Program-made: the position numbers and the translations under genes
The notes under the pieces: generated by a model
Seen by the model: the letters and a program-made list of their open reading frames with translations, nothing else
The model's database searches: none
Told to the model about the DNA's origin: nothing
Assembly: GCA_900316165.1 (NCBI GenBank)
Contig: ONBW01000008.1
Location: 2,135-66,134, forward strand
DNA: 64,000 nt
From: an uncultured Lachnospiraceae bacterium
GTDB lineage: Bacteria; Bacillota; Clostridia; Lachnospirales; Lachnospiraceae
Reading direction: 5' to 3'
In this document: positions 28,185 to 37,637 of the stretch, in pieces
How the letters are laid out: each line of letters starts with the position of its first letter
How positions within the stretch are numbered: the stretch's first letter is position 1

Positions 28185-29223
28185 AGCAGATGCGGATATA
28201 GCGGTCAGAAAGGAATGGGAAGGTAGAGCAGTCGCGGATCATCAGCTTCTCACGGATGCACTTCTCAAAGAGTGAATGGCTGTCTTCAGATGGCGTCAGT
28301 ATCTGAAGCAGCATGAAGTTCGCATTAGGGTAGTACGGTTTAAAAACCGTACTATTTTTAAATATATCAAAAAGCCTTTTTCTCTCTGAAAAAATAAGGT
28401 CCTTTGTGGCATTGATGTAATCCGCATCTGAGAACATTATTTTCCCAGCCTCCTCGGCAAGAGATGAGATCATCCATGGATTCTTCTTCTGGTTTATCTC
28501 CTTCAGGATATCTTCGTTTCCTGTTACAGCGTAGCCGAGACGCAGTCCAGGAGCTGCAAAAAACTTCGAAGTTCCGCGCAGTACGATGATATTGTTGTAG
28601 TCAGCGGTAAGTGGGATAGATGTGATCTCCGGCTCGTTCTTCGCAAACTCGACATAGGTCTCATCTACCATCACATAGATGTCATGCTCCTTGCAGGAGT
28701 CGAGAATCCGTCTCATGTCCTTATTTGTAATAACAGATGAGGTAGGGTTGTTTGGGTTGCAGAGCACGATAAGGTCGAGATCGTCTGAGAGATGCTCTAT
28801 GAAGTCATCAACCGGCAGCTCAAAGTTATTCTCCTCACGGAGAGGGTAGTAGGAGGTGCGTCCGCCACTTAAGGTAATGCTCCTTTCATACTCTGAATAG
28901 GTAGGCCCAAGGATCATGGCTTTTTTTGGAGCTGTGACCTCTATAAAGAGTGAGATCAGCTCTGTAGAGCCGTTACCTACGATGATATTCTTCTCATCGC
29001 AGGAGGCATATGAGGCTATAGATTTCTTCAGGTCAGCATAGTCTCTGTCAGGGTAGGTCTCTATGCAGTGGATGTGATCAGACAGGTCACTCGCGAGCTT
29101 TGGCGAGATTCCAAGAGGATTTACGTTTGCAGAGAAGCTTACGATTTCCTCCTTTTTGATTCCGTACATTTTTTCAATAAGCTCAAGGTCGCTTCCATGG
29201 AAGTGGTCTTTGTGTTTTAACAT
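28135..29223 (-). CDS. PLP-dependent aminotransferase, class I/II (histidinol-phosphate aminotransferase / CobD threonine-phosphate decarboxylase family)
   Basis: FSANVNPLGISP, YPD, NPNNPTS and the PLP-Lys motif RGTSKFFAAPGLRLGY. The preferred start is the ATG at 29223 (MLKHK), 9 nt after AAGGAG. The tracker start at 29274 adds a hydrophobic junk extension. Confidence 0.75.
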   Translation of the reverse strand: MLKHKDHFHGSDLELIEKMYGIKKEEIVSFSANVNPLGISPKLASDLSDHIHCIETYPDRDYADLKKSIASYASCDEKNIIVGNGSTELISLFIEVTAPKKAMILGPTYSEYERSITLSGGRTSYYPLREENNFELPVDDFIEHLSDDLDLIVLCNPNNPTSSVITNKDMRRILDSCKEHDIYVMVDETYVEFAKNEPEITSIPLTADYNNIIVLRGTSKFFAAPGLRLGYAVTGNEDILKEINQKKNPWMISSLAEEAGKIMFSDADYINATKDLIFSERKRLFDIFKNSTVFKPYYPNANFMLLQILTPSEDSHSLFEKCIREKLMIRDCSTFPFLSDRYIRICFMKPSDNDRLLKVLLP

Positions 29224-29242
29224 TTTTAATAACTCCTTTTTG

Positions 29243-29271
29243 TTGAATAAAAACAGAAAAACATTTATAAT
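29243..29271 (+). promoter_or_regulatory. Sigma-A-type promoter candidate for the four-ORF cassette
   Basis: TTGAAT (29243-29248), an exactly 17-nt spacer, then the consensus TATAAT (29266-29271). It lies 44 nt upstream of the TTG start at 29315. Confidence 0.55.
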
Positions 29272-29314
29272 CATTATAGTATTTTTGACATTTATGTAAA
29301 GAAAGGACTTTTCT

Positions 29315-32300
29315 TTGAAAGAAAAAATCCAGCGTCTCGCAGAGGGAGAATTCGAGCGCAGCTTTCCTAAGCCGGCTGCTGAGCCGGCCTCTATAGTAAA
29401 AAGCGGGTCTGAGGGCCGTGATATAGATGGAAGTCTGCGTATCTATACAGAAAGTGACACACCGCTCGAGGGTGAAATCTGCTCTTCGAACGCGTACGTT
29501 ACTGTAGAGCAGAGTGATTTTTCAGGCAGAGAGATTAGTCTTTACTTTTGTGCACATACTGCGGGGTTCTGCCCTGGAATAAAGCTTGACGGTCATTTTA
29601 CTGTTATTACTGACGGCTATAACCTTACTATTCCATATTCATTTACAGTTACGGAGAAGTATCCGGAGACTGTGAGTGGGGAAATCCGTGAGTTATCAGA
29701 CCTCTATGAGCTTGAAAAAAATGACCGCAGGTCAGCAGTTTCTGTTTTTGCATCTGATGATTTCAAGAGACTTCTAAAAAGGCATTTTCAAGAGGCTTTT
29801 CTAAGCTACAGGGCTCTTACCGGTACTATGGGATATACTCCTATGGCCTTGGAGAGCTTTCTGTGTGAGAACAGCTTAAAGGATCCTATCCGTCTGCATG
29901 TTTTCCCAAGTGACTTAAATTACTATGCAGTAAATGAGGATGTAAAGGAAACTTTCCGTATCACGAGAAATACTGACGGATATGTATCGCTTACTTTTTC
30001 TGTGCCAGAGAACAGTTTTGTGACCCTTGGCATGACAGCAGCCAGCGATGATGATTTTTATGGCGGTACGCTTGAGGTACCTTTCTTTATAAAAAAAGAT
30101 CGTATCCATCCGGGGGTAAACACTACAAAACTTACCATTAAGGGAAACGGAGTCCTGATAGAAAAGGAGATAACTGTTTCCACCTATGGTCGTGATGAAA
30201 AAGTATACGAAACGGGCCGCGAGAAAAAGCGGATTATTTGTGACGCATTAAAAGATTACTTAGATTTCAGACTGAGAAAGACTGATACAGATCAGTTCTT
30301 AAAGTCCGTTACAGAGACTACCGAATATTTTCTAGATAAAAATCCAGCGGATATTTTTTCACTGCTGTACCGAACCATGGCTCAGATCGTAGCAGGTGAT
30401 AAGAAGGATGCACTTGTTACGATAGCTATGCTTAAAGAGATGATTACCGAGAAGAAGAGCTTCGAGTGGGCTTTTCTTCTGTACCTCTGCTCGCTTCTTG
30501 ATTCTGAGGAAGGATATGTAGACAGGATTACTGCAGAGATAGAGGCTATCGAAAACGAACTTGATGATGCGAGGGTTTTCTGGTTCCTTCTCTTCCTTAA
30601 AAAGGAGTACAGCGAAAACCCGCTTAAGCGTCTTTCCGATATCAGGAAGTGGATTAACAAAGGCCATCATTCACCGGTTCTCTATGCTGAAGCACTTGAT
30701 GTGATGAATGCCTATCCGCAGTATATAGGGCAGCTTGACAGCTTCTCACTTGCAATTCTACGGTTTGGACAGAGGAACGGAGTTTTAAGCCGTGAGATTG
30801 TGCCGTATATCACAGAGTTCCTCTATGACATGAAGGATTATAGTATTGCTGTCTTTGATTTTGCAGGAAAGCTGTTTGACAGGTATGATGATACGTCTCT
30901 GCTTTCAGCAATTATCTCTTACCTCTTAAGGAACAGGTGCATCGGGAAAGAGTATGCTATCTGGTACAAGAGAGGCATTGAGTTAGACCTGAATCTGACA
31001 GGCATCTATGAGAATTACATGTACTGTATCGATGAGTCAGATACGGATATGCTGCCACGCCTGCTGCTCCTTTATTTTTCCTATGATGATGGAGAGCTGT
31101 CTGAGGACAAACGAAAGTATCTGTACGCTAATGTTATCATGTACAAGGACAGACAGCCGGATATCTATGATTCTTACAGGAGTCAGATAGAACGGTTTGC
31201 GATAGAAAAGCTTCAGCAGGGGAGTATTGACGATTATCTCTCAGTTATCTACAGAGATTTGTATAAGAGCAATTTCTTTGATCAGGATTTGAAAGAAAAG
31301 CTGTTTGAGCTTAAGGATGCGCTTAAGATTTTCTGCCTCTCACAAGATTCCGGACAGCTCAGTGTATATACAAAGCAGCTTGATAAGCCGTATGTCACTG
31401 AGCTTCATAATCATTCAGCTATAATTGGGATAGGAAGTGATGACTTCTTTACTGTCCTTACGAATCAGAATGGTATTTTCGCTGAAAAGGATTTATTTTA
31501 TACTGAGAAGCTTCTTCCAGAGTTATCGGATGAGACAGGCGATAATGCTTCAAAAAAAGTCTGGGTAACGCCGGATCTCGAGCAGTCACATGCTGATGGG
31601 CTTATATGTACAAATGATTTTAATGATATAAGTATTGATGAAATCCCAGGGGATCTCAACCTGAAGGACAGAGATCTGCCAGTTGTTTCGTTCTACTTGA
31701 GAACTCTTATCGAGAGGGAGAGGCTTGACCAGGCATTTGCTCTTATGAAGGAGGTCTATGCCTTTAACGTTCCTGAGAACCTGCTTCTACATCTCGCGAC
31801 AGGACTATGCAGGGAGGCTGGAGAGGACCAGTTCCTTGTAGCGCTCTGTACCTGGCTTATAGCCCACTATCTGTCAAATACTGTGACTCTCGAGTATCTG
31901 TGCAGGTTTTACAAGGCCCCTACAAAAGAGCTTATTTCTGTCTATAAGTATGCGAATGCCAGGGGACTTGATGTAAGTGATCTGTCGGAAAGAATTTTGG
32001 AGCAGGAGATATATGAGGAGGGTGATTATCCGGAGACTGGAGATATCTTTATGTCATGCAGGCTTGTTCACCCTGATAATGAGCTTAACATGGCTGCACT
32101 GACTTATTTTTCAGACAGGTATGTACTTGGAAAAACATTAAATCCTGATGATGAATTCTTTAAGCTGATAAAAGACGCTTATGTATCAGATAATGAGATA
32201 AATGCCAGTGTAAAGACTGCGCTCTTAAAGCACTATTCCACCATGGGGACCTTAAAGCCAAATGAGCTTAGTATAGCAAGAGAGCTTCTTACGGAGAATG

Positions 32301-32734
32301 TACTGGACGGGACATATTTTTCATTCTACAAAAAAATGGACATCCGTCTTGTAAGAGAGTTTGGATTCTACGAGAGAGTATTTATTGAGACAAAGGCTGA
32401 TTTCGGGCAGCAGCTTACTGCAGTTTTATACCCTGGTGAGGAAAATGAGAAAATCCTGGATATGGATGAGGTTTATGATGGCATCTATATCACGTCGCTT
32501 GTACTTTTCAGAGGAGAGAGCGCCTGGTACGAGATCAGGGATGAGAAGGGTGAGCGCCTTGGCAGCGGTACCGCTTCAAATCAGGACTATCCTGATGGGG
32601 TCGTAAAGAGCAGATTCGGACTTATAAACGAGATCTCGGAGGAAGAGAAGGCGGGGAACGAAGCACTGTCTGAGTGCCTTAAAGAGTACCTTAAGCTTGA
32701 TATATCCTCAGATGACCTTTTTTCGATGGTGTGA
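29315..32734 (+). CDS. Uncharacterised 1139-aa protein: N-terminal beta-sandwich-like modules, a long alpha-helical repeat body and a C-terminal beta-rich module (cassette protein A)
   Basis: A long uninterrupted ORF. The only start-type codon after the in-frame stop at 29297 is the TTG at 29315, preceded by GAAAGGA. I recognise no catalytic motif. From memory it resembles a Clostridia-restricted family of unknown function (possibly Pfam DUF5717), which is unverified. Confidence 0.6.
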   Translation: MKEKIQRLAEGEFERSFPKPAAEPASIVKSGSEGRDIDGSLRIYTESDTPLEGEICSSNAYVTVEQSDFSGREISLYFCAHTAGFCPGIKLDGHFTVITDGYNLTIPYSFTVTEKYPETVSGEIRELSDLYELEKNDRRSAVSVFASDDFKRLLKRHFQEAFLSYRALTGTMGYTPMALESFLCENSLKDPIRLHVFPSDLNYYAVNEDVKETFRITRNTDGYVSLTFSVPENSFVTLGMTAASDDDFYGGTLEVPFFIKKDRIHPGVNTTKLTIKGNGVLIEKEITVSTYGRDEKVYETGREKKRIICDALKDYLDFRLRKTDTDQFLKSVTETTEYFLDKNPADIFSLLYRTMAQIVAGDKKDALVTIAMLKEMITEKKSFEWAFLLYLCSLLDSEEGYVDRITAEIEAIENELDDARVFWFLLFLKKEYSENPLKRLSDIRKWINKGHHSPVLYAEALDVMNAYPQYIGQLDSFSLAILRFGQRNGVLSREIVPYITEFLYDMKDYSIAVFDFAGKLFDRYDDTSLLSAIISYLLRNRCIGKEYAIWYKRGIELDLNLTGIYENYMYCIDESDTDMLPRLLLLYFSYDDGELSEDKRKYLYANVIMYKDRQPDIYDSYRSQIERFAIEKLQQGSIDDYLSVIYRDLYKSNFFDQDLKEKLFELKDALKIFCLSQDSGQLSVYTKQLDKPYVTELHNHSAIIGIGSDDFFTVLTNQNGIFAEKDLFYTEKLLPELSDETGDNASKKVWVTPDLEQSHADGLICTNDFNDISIDEIPGDLNLKDRDLPVVSFYLRTLIERERLDQAFALMKEVYAFNVPENLLLHLATGLCREAGEDQFLVALCTWLIAHYLSNTVTLEYLCRFYKAPTKELISVYKYANARGLDVSDLSERILEQEIYEEGDYPETGDIFMSCRLVHPDNELNMAALTYFSDRYVLGKTLNPDDEFFKLIKDAYVSDNEINASVKTALLKHYSTMGTLKPNELSIARELLTENVLDGTYFSFYKKMDIRLVREFGFYERVFIETKADFGQQLTAVLYPGEENEKILDMDEVYDGIYITSLVLFRGESAWYEIRDEKGERLGSGTASNQDYPDGVVKSRFGLINEISEEEKAGNEALSECLKEYLKLDISSDDLFSMV

Positions 32735-32737
32735 TAT

Positions 32738-33985
32738 ATGGAAAATGAAGTGAGGACAAGAACAGGAGCCGTCTACGGAATAGATATTTCTGAAAGTCGT
32801 GCTCTTATAAGCTACATTAATCCGGATGGAGCTGAGCCTACTACAGTTTCCTTAGTTTATGGTGAGGAAAATTACTGTGTTCCGATGGCCGTGACAAAGC
32901 GGGATGGAATAGGGCAGTGGTATACAGGTGAAGAGGCTTTAAGCAGGGCTGATCAGAGCGGTTTTACTCCGGTAAAGGATTTTTATAAGAAAGCTCTTTC
33001 AGGAGAGAAAATTATAGTCGATGCCGGACTTTATGAGGCTTCGGATATTTTTACCATATACCTAAGAAGACTCATTGAGATGGCACAAAGCATGAGCGGA
33101 GTCCGTGAGACTGAGATGATAGTCTTCTGCGTGCAGGATGTTACAAAGGAGGCTGTATCACTCTTTACTGCGGCTGCGTCAAGAATCGGTATTGACATTC
33201 AAAAAACAGCTGTAATCGATAAAAAGGAAGCTTTTTACTATTACTGTCTCTCACAGCTTTCGGAGCTTAAAAAGCATGATATGGCGCTTTTTGAGTGCGA
33301 GGACTTAAATGTCTATGCGCTGAGACTGAATAAGAACTCTTCCGATGATGGTGAGCTTATAACTCTCGATGAGAAATATTTTACACTTGATGAGAATGAT
33401 AAGGACTCGTCATTTGACGACGTTTTAAAGCAGATGCTTGCTGGGAATCAGGTTTCTGCTATATATCTGACCGGTTCAGGATTTTCTAAAGAGTGGATGA
33501 ATCTCTCTCTACAGAGAGCACTCTTAGGACACAGGGTATTTATCGGACAGAACCTCTATACCAGAGGGGCTGTGTATGCAGCCATGGTAAAGACGAAGAG
33601 TGTAAACTGGGGCTATACCTATGTGGGAGACCACGAGCTTAAGCTTAATGTTTCTCTTAAGGTCTCAGACTTAAATGAGCTCAAGTTTTATCCTCTTATC
33701 AGAGCTGGTGAGAGCTGGTATGAGGAGAAGGGTGAGTGTGAGGCGATTCTCGATGGCTCACCTGAGGTCGAGATCTATATCGGAAAGCCTGATTCGAGAA
33801 AGACTGTTGTCTCTGTCTTAAAGCTTAAGGATCTTCCTGTAAGGGAAAACAGGCTGACCAGGCTTCGTATAACCGCAACCCCTGTCTCAGATAAAAAGGT
33901 AAGTATTAAGATCCTTGACCTGGGATTCGGAGAGATAGCCAGAGGAAGCGGAAAGACTTTTACTACTACGATTGGAATTGATTAA
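32738..33985 (+). CDS. Uncharacterised 415-aa protein with a degenerate Hsp70/actin-fold layout (cassette protein B)
   Basis: YGIDISESRALISY compares with Hsp70 IGIDLGTTNS. IVFCVQDVTKEAVSLFTAAASRIGIDIQKTAVIDKKEAFYYY compares with VITVPAYFND..AG..INEPTAAA. IYLTGSGFSK compares with VLLVGGSTR. The C-terminal beta-rich tail is ITATPVSDKKVSIKILDLGFGE. The start lies 3 nt after the stop of protein A. It is possibly Pfam DUF5716 (unverified recollection). Confidence 0.55.
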   Translation: MENEVRTRTGAVYGIDISESRALISYINPDGAEPTTVSLVYGEENYCVPMAVTKRDGIGQWYTGEEALSRADQSGFTPVKDFYKKALSGEKIIVDAGLYEASDIFTIYLRRLIEMAQSMSGVRETEMIVFCVQDVTKEAVSLFTAAASRIGIDIQKTAVIDKKEAFYYYCLSQLSELKKHDMALFECEDLNVYALRLNKNSSDDGELITLDEKYFTLDENDKDSSFDDVLKQMLAGNQVSAIYLTGSGFSKEWMNLSLQRALLGHRVFIGQNLYTRGAVYAAMVKTKSVNWGYTYVGDHELKLNVSLKVSDLNELKFYPLIRAGESWYEEKGECEAILDGSPEVEIYIGKPDSRKTVVSVLKLKDLPVRENRLTRLRITATPVSDKKVSIKILDLGFGEIARGSGKTFTTTIGID

Positions 33986-34780
33986 ATGGGTGAACTTATT
34001 CTATGTAAAAGGCCTATTGCGGCCGCGCCTTTTTATATCGAAAGCGTCTCTGTTAATATTTACTCGATTGAGGAATTGAGCTGGTTTATTTTTCACCATA
34101 CAGATATAATCGAGGCTGATTTTATCTCTGATGAGCTTATTAACTGGATATCAGATGAAGCAGGATACAGAGAGCTTGCAGAGAGGCTGCGTTCGGGACT
34201 AAACGCAAAGACTCCGTTTCATGTGCTGATAGAGATGATCCTCTCATCCTGCGGTTATCTGACACCTAAGGAGATAAAGGATACTGTACGTGAGGTTCAG
34301 CTTCAGGCCGGACTTTCTCCAGTTGAAAAGAAAAAGAAGCGGGCAGATCTCCTTATTAAAAACGGAAATATCAGGAAGGCAATAATTGCCTATCAGAACA
34401 TCCTGGCTTTGGGAGACTTAAAGAGAAATATCTATGGTGATATCTGCCACGATATCGGCTATGCATATGCCAGACTTTTTCTCTTTGATGAGGCAGCGGC
34501 CTGGTACAAAAAGGCATATGAGCACAACCTCAGTATAAAAAGTCTGATGCAGCTTCTCTTTGCTCTTATGGAGCAGAATGATGAAGAAAGTATTGCTGAT
34601 ATCGTAAATACCTATCATATCCGCGACGATGACTTGGAGAGGGCCAGGGCTGTATTTAAGGCAGCAGGCGAGACTAAAAAGATTGATGATGCTATCAAAA
34701 ATATAACCTCCGAAGACACAGACATCCATGACTTTGTAAATGGACTTAAGTCTGACTACATCAAAAGGTACGGAGCGTAA
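33986..34780 (+). CDS. Uncharacterised 264-aa helical / TPR-like protein (cassette protein C)
   Basis: TAAATG stop-start abutment on both sides. TPR-like helical hairpins are present (RKAIIAYQNILALGDL.., IGYAYARLFLFDEAAAWYKKAYEHN). Confidence 0.5.
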   Translation: MGELILCKRPIAAAPFYIESVSVNIYSIEELSWFIFHHTDIIEADFISDELINWISDEAGYRELAERLRSGLNAKTPFHVLIEMILSSCGYLTPKEIKDTVREVQLQAGLSPVEKKKKRADLLIKNGNIRKAIIAYQNILALGDLKRNIYGDICHDIGYAYARLFLFDEAAAWYKKAYEHNLSIKSLMQLLFALMEQNDEESIADIVNTYHIRDDDLERARAVFKAAGETKKIDDAIKNITSEDTDIHDFVNGLKSDYIKRYGA

Positions 34781-37615
34781 ATGTTTGGATTTGGAAAGAA
34801 GAAAAAAAATAAAAGCGAAGACGAGGTTTTCAAGGACTTAATAGATGAGGCAGCAGCGATTGATGACATCGACAGTCCAAAGAAAATAGAGCACATGATC
34901 CTCGATTCCTGTGAGCAGATTATTGCAGAGACAAAGGATATCGAAGGGAAAAAGGCCGAATACCGTGTACTAACAAAATACTTAGAGGACATAAAAAGGC
35001 TGAATGACTTAAAGCCCAGGGAAGCGTCAGCTGTAAAGAAGGCAGCTGCAGCCATAGAGAAGGCGCAGAAGAGCAGAAAGAGTTTTATGGATGCTCCAAA
35101 GGCTATCTCTGATGACGCTTATGACCTTATTGCTGAAAATGACAGCACAATTCAGCGTGAAATAGACCGCATGAAGGAGAATGAGGTCTATCAGGCAAAC
35201 ACGGCTGCAAAAATGCATGCCCTTGAAGCTGACAAGGGAGAATTGAAGCTCGATTTCGATGAAGCGACTGCGCAGAGTTCTTTTGCTAGAAAAATCTGCT
35301 ATCTGCTGATGGTTCTCTTTGCTGCTACTCTTATTTTTCTGATAGCGGCTGGAGGCGGCAGCGCATCGCAGACGGCGGGTATTTTTCTTCTTGCCTTTGG
35401 TGTGCTTGCGATGCTTATATTCATGTGGCAGGCATCTTCTATCAGGAGAAGGAAGGCTCTTCTTAGAGATTTAAACTCCACAATTACGACCTTAAATGTC
35501 ACAAGGATGGAGTACGCCAATGTCATAAAGGCTGTAAATGCTACTGCAGACAAGTACCACGTCCACTCATCTACAGAGCTTTTATATCTCTACAATGCTT
35601 ATGATGATTTTAACTACAGGAGAGAAAAGTTCGTAAAGGACGATGAGGACCTGACATACTGGGATGACTATCTTCTCCGTCTTCTTGCACCGCTGCGTCT
35701 CTATGACAGCAAAATCTGGCTTAAGCAGGCGGCTGCCTTAAATGATGAGGAAGCCATGAAGGATGTCCATAAGGAGCTTGTGGAGAAGCGTTCGGCGGTA
35801 AGAGAGCAGATCAGGCTCGAGACTCATCAGGTAAAGAGTGAACGTGATGAGATCGACAGGCTGATGAAGGAAGCAGACTTTTATGTACCTGAGATCATGG
35901 AGATAATAAAATCCGTAGACAGGCTCTGTGGACTTGACAGATTAAGAAAAGAAGAGGATGATAGTATCCTGAAGTCTCTTGATAAAGAAGAAAATGAAAA
36001 GAAGACTGCTTCAGAGGAAAAATCTGAAAAAACAGAAGAGGCTGTTCCAGAGGAAAAGCCTGAAAAAACTATAAAGACTGTTCCAGAGGAAAAACAGGAA
36101 AAGAATAAAAATAAGCCCGTAAGAAGGGCACAGAAAGAAGAGAAGAAACCAATGAAAGTAAGAACTCGTTTTGCACCATCACCTACAGGAAGAATGCACG
36201 TCGGAAATCTTCGTACGGCATTATATGCTTACCTTATAGCAAAGCATGCCGGCGGTGATTTTATCCTTCGTATTGAGGATACCGACCAGGAGAGATATGT
36301 CGAAGGCGCTGTAGATATCATCTACAGAACTATGAAGGAGACTGGTCTCGAGCATGATGAGGGACCTGATAAGGATGGTGGCTGCGGACCTTACGTGCAG
36401 AGCGAGCGTGTAAAGCAGGGCATATATATGAAGTATGCCAAGCAGCTTATCGATAAGGGTGAGGCTTATTACTGCTTCTGTACACCTGAGAGGCTTGAGG
36501 GCCTTAAGCAGGAGGTTGTAGACGAGAACGGTGAGAAGAAGACTATCTCTATCTATGACAAGCACTGTCTTCACCTGTCAAAGGAGGAGGTCGAGGCAAA
36601 CCTTGCTGCCGGAAAGCCTTATGTCATAAGACAGAACAATCCCCGTACAGGAACTACGACTTTCCATGACGAGATCTACGGAGATATCACAGTCGATAAC
36701 AGCGAGCTCGACGATATGATCCTTATCAAGTCAGACGGCTATCCTACCTACAACTTCGCGAACGTAGTAGACGACCATCTGATGGGAATAACCCACGTAG
36801 TAAGAGGAAACGAGTATCTGTCATCATCACCTAAGTATAACAGGCTCTATGAGGCCTTTGGCTGGGAAATCCCTAAGTATATCCACTGCCCGCTTATCAC
36901 AAATGAGCAGCACCAGAAGCTTTCAAAGAGGAGCGGCCACTCATCATTTGAGGACCTTGTGGATCAGGGCTATCTGACAGACGCTATCGTAAACTTCGTG
37001 GCACTCCTTGGATGGAGCCCTGAGGATAACCAGGAGATCATGAACCTTCCTGAGCTCATCGAGAAGTTTGACTATCACCATATAAGCAAGTCTTCTGCTG
37101 TATTCGATACTACAAAGCTTAAATGGATGAACGGCGAGTACATCAAGAAGATGGATCCTGCAGCTTTCTATAAAAAGGCTCTTCCGTATATAAATGAGAC
37201 TGTTAAGAGAGACTGTGACAAGGAGAAGATTGCGTCCTTAGTCCAGTCGAGGATAGAGATCTTCCCTGATATCGCAGAGCTTATCGATTTCTTCGAGGAG
37301 GTACCGGAGTACGATACATCTCTCTACATCAATAAGAAAAATAAATGCACAGAGGAAAATTCCTTAGAGCTTTTAAAATCGGTTTATCCGGTTCTTGAGG
37401 CGCAGGATGACTATTCTAACGATGCACTCTTTGAAACTCTTAAGGCATACGCTACCGAAAAGGGAGTAAAGGTAGGCTTTGTTATGTGGCCGCTTCGTAC
37501 AGCGCTTTCTGGAAAAGCTTCTACACCGGGCGGTGCGACCCAGATAATGGAGATTCTTGGAAAGGATGAATCTCTTAGGAGAATTGAGGCAGGAATAAAG
37601 AAGCTCGAGGGCTGA
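34781..37615 (+). CDS. gltX: Single 944-codon ORF: a 457-aa coiled-coil protein with two TM helices and a Glu/Lys-rich linker (cassette protein D), fused in frame to glutamate--tRNA ligase
   Basis: There is no stop codon anywhere between the ATG at 34781 and the GluRS module. TM helices are [21 protein letters not shown] and [20 protein letters not shown] (about nt 35294-35432). The E/K-rich linker spans about nt 35960-36151. GluRS begins at [23 protein letters not shown]. Confidence 0.7.
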   Translation: MFGFGKKKKNKSEDEVFKDLIDEAAAIDDIDSPKKIEHMILDSCEQIIAETKDIEGKKAEYRVLTKYLEDIKRLNDLKPREASAVKKAAAAIEKAQKSRKSFMDAPKAISDDAYDLIAENDSTIQREIDRMKENEVYQANTAAKMHALEADKGELKLDFDEATAQSSFARKICYLLMVLFAATLIFLIAAGGGSASQTAGIFLLAFGVLAMLIFMWQASSIRRRKALLRDLNSTITTLNVTRMEYANVIKAVNATADKYHVHSSTELLYLYNAYDDFNYRREKFVKDDEDLTYWDDYLLRLLAPLRLYDSKIWLKQAAALNDEEAMKDVHKELVEKRSAVREQIRLETHQVKSERDEIDRLMKEADFYVPEIMEIIKSVDRLCGLDRLRKEEDDSILKSLDKEENEKKTASEEKSEKTEEAVPEEKPEKTIKTVPEEKQEKNKNKPVRRAQKEEKKPMKVRTRFAPSPTGRMHVGNLRTALYAYLIAKHAGGDFILRIEDTDQERYVEGAVDIIYRTMKETGLEHDEGPDKDGGCGPYVQSERVKQGIYMKYAKQLIDKGEAYYCFCTPERLEGLKQEVVDENGEKKTISIYDKHCLHLSKEEVEANLAAGKPYVIRQNNPRTGTTTFHDEIYGDITVDNSELDDMILIKSDGYPTYNFANVVDDHLMGITHVVRGNEYLSSSPKYNRLYEAFGWEIPKYIHCPLITNEQHQKLSKRSGHSSFEDLVDQGYLTDAIVNFVALLGWSPEDNQEIMNLPELIEKFDYHHISKSSAVFDTTKLKWMNGEYIKKMDPAAFYKKALPYINETVKRDCDKEKIASLVQSRIEIFPDIAELIDFFEEVPEYDTSLYINKKNKCTEENSLELLKSVYPVLEAQDDYSNDALFETLKAYATEKGVKVGFVMWPLRTALSGKASTPGGATQIMEILGKDESLRRIEAGIKKLEG
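36152..37615 (+). CDS. gltX: Glutamate--tRNA ligase module (487 aa if translated from the internal ATG at 36152)
   Basis: HIGH-type motif [11 protein letters not shown] and KMSKS-type motif KLSKRSG. From this ATG the length matches normal bacterial GluRS. Only a weak purine-rich SD-like stretch (AGAAAGAAGAG) precedes the ATG. Confidence 0.85.
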   Translation: MKVRTRFAPSPTGRMHVGNLRTALYAYLIAKHAGGDFILRIEDTDQERYVEGAVDIIYRTMKETGLEHDEGPDKDGGCGPYVQSERVKQGIYMKYAKQLIDKGEAYYCFCTPERLEGLKQEVVDENGEKKTISIYDKHCLHLSKEEVEANLAAGKPYVIRQNNPRTGTTTFHDEIYGDITVDNSELDDMILIKSDGYPTYNFANVVDDHLMGITHVVRGNEYLSSSPKYNRLYEAFGWEIPKYIHCPLITNEQHQKLSKRSGHSSFEDLVDQGYLTDAIVNFVALLGWSPEDNQEIMNLPELIEKFDYHHISKSSAVFDTTKLKWMNGEYIKKMDPAAFYKKALPYINETVKRDCDKEKIASLVQSRIEIFPDIAELIDFFEEVPEYDTSLYINKKNKCTEENSLELLKSVYPVLEAQDDYSNDALFETLKAYATEKGVKVGFVMWPLRTALSGKASTPGGATQIMEILGKDESLRRIEAGIKKLEG

Positions 37616-37637
37616 TTATAAAAAGGGGGATTTAAGT

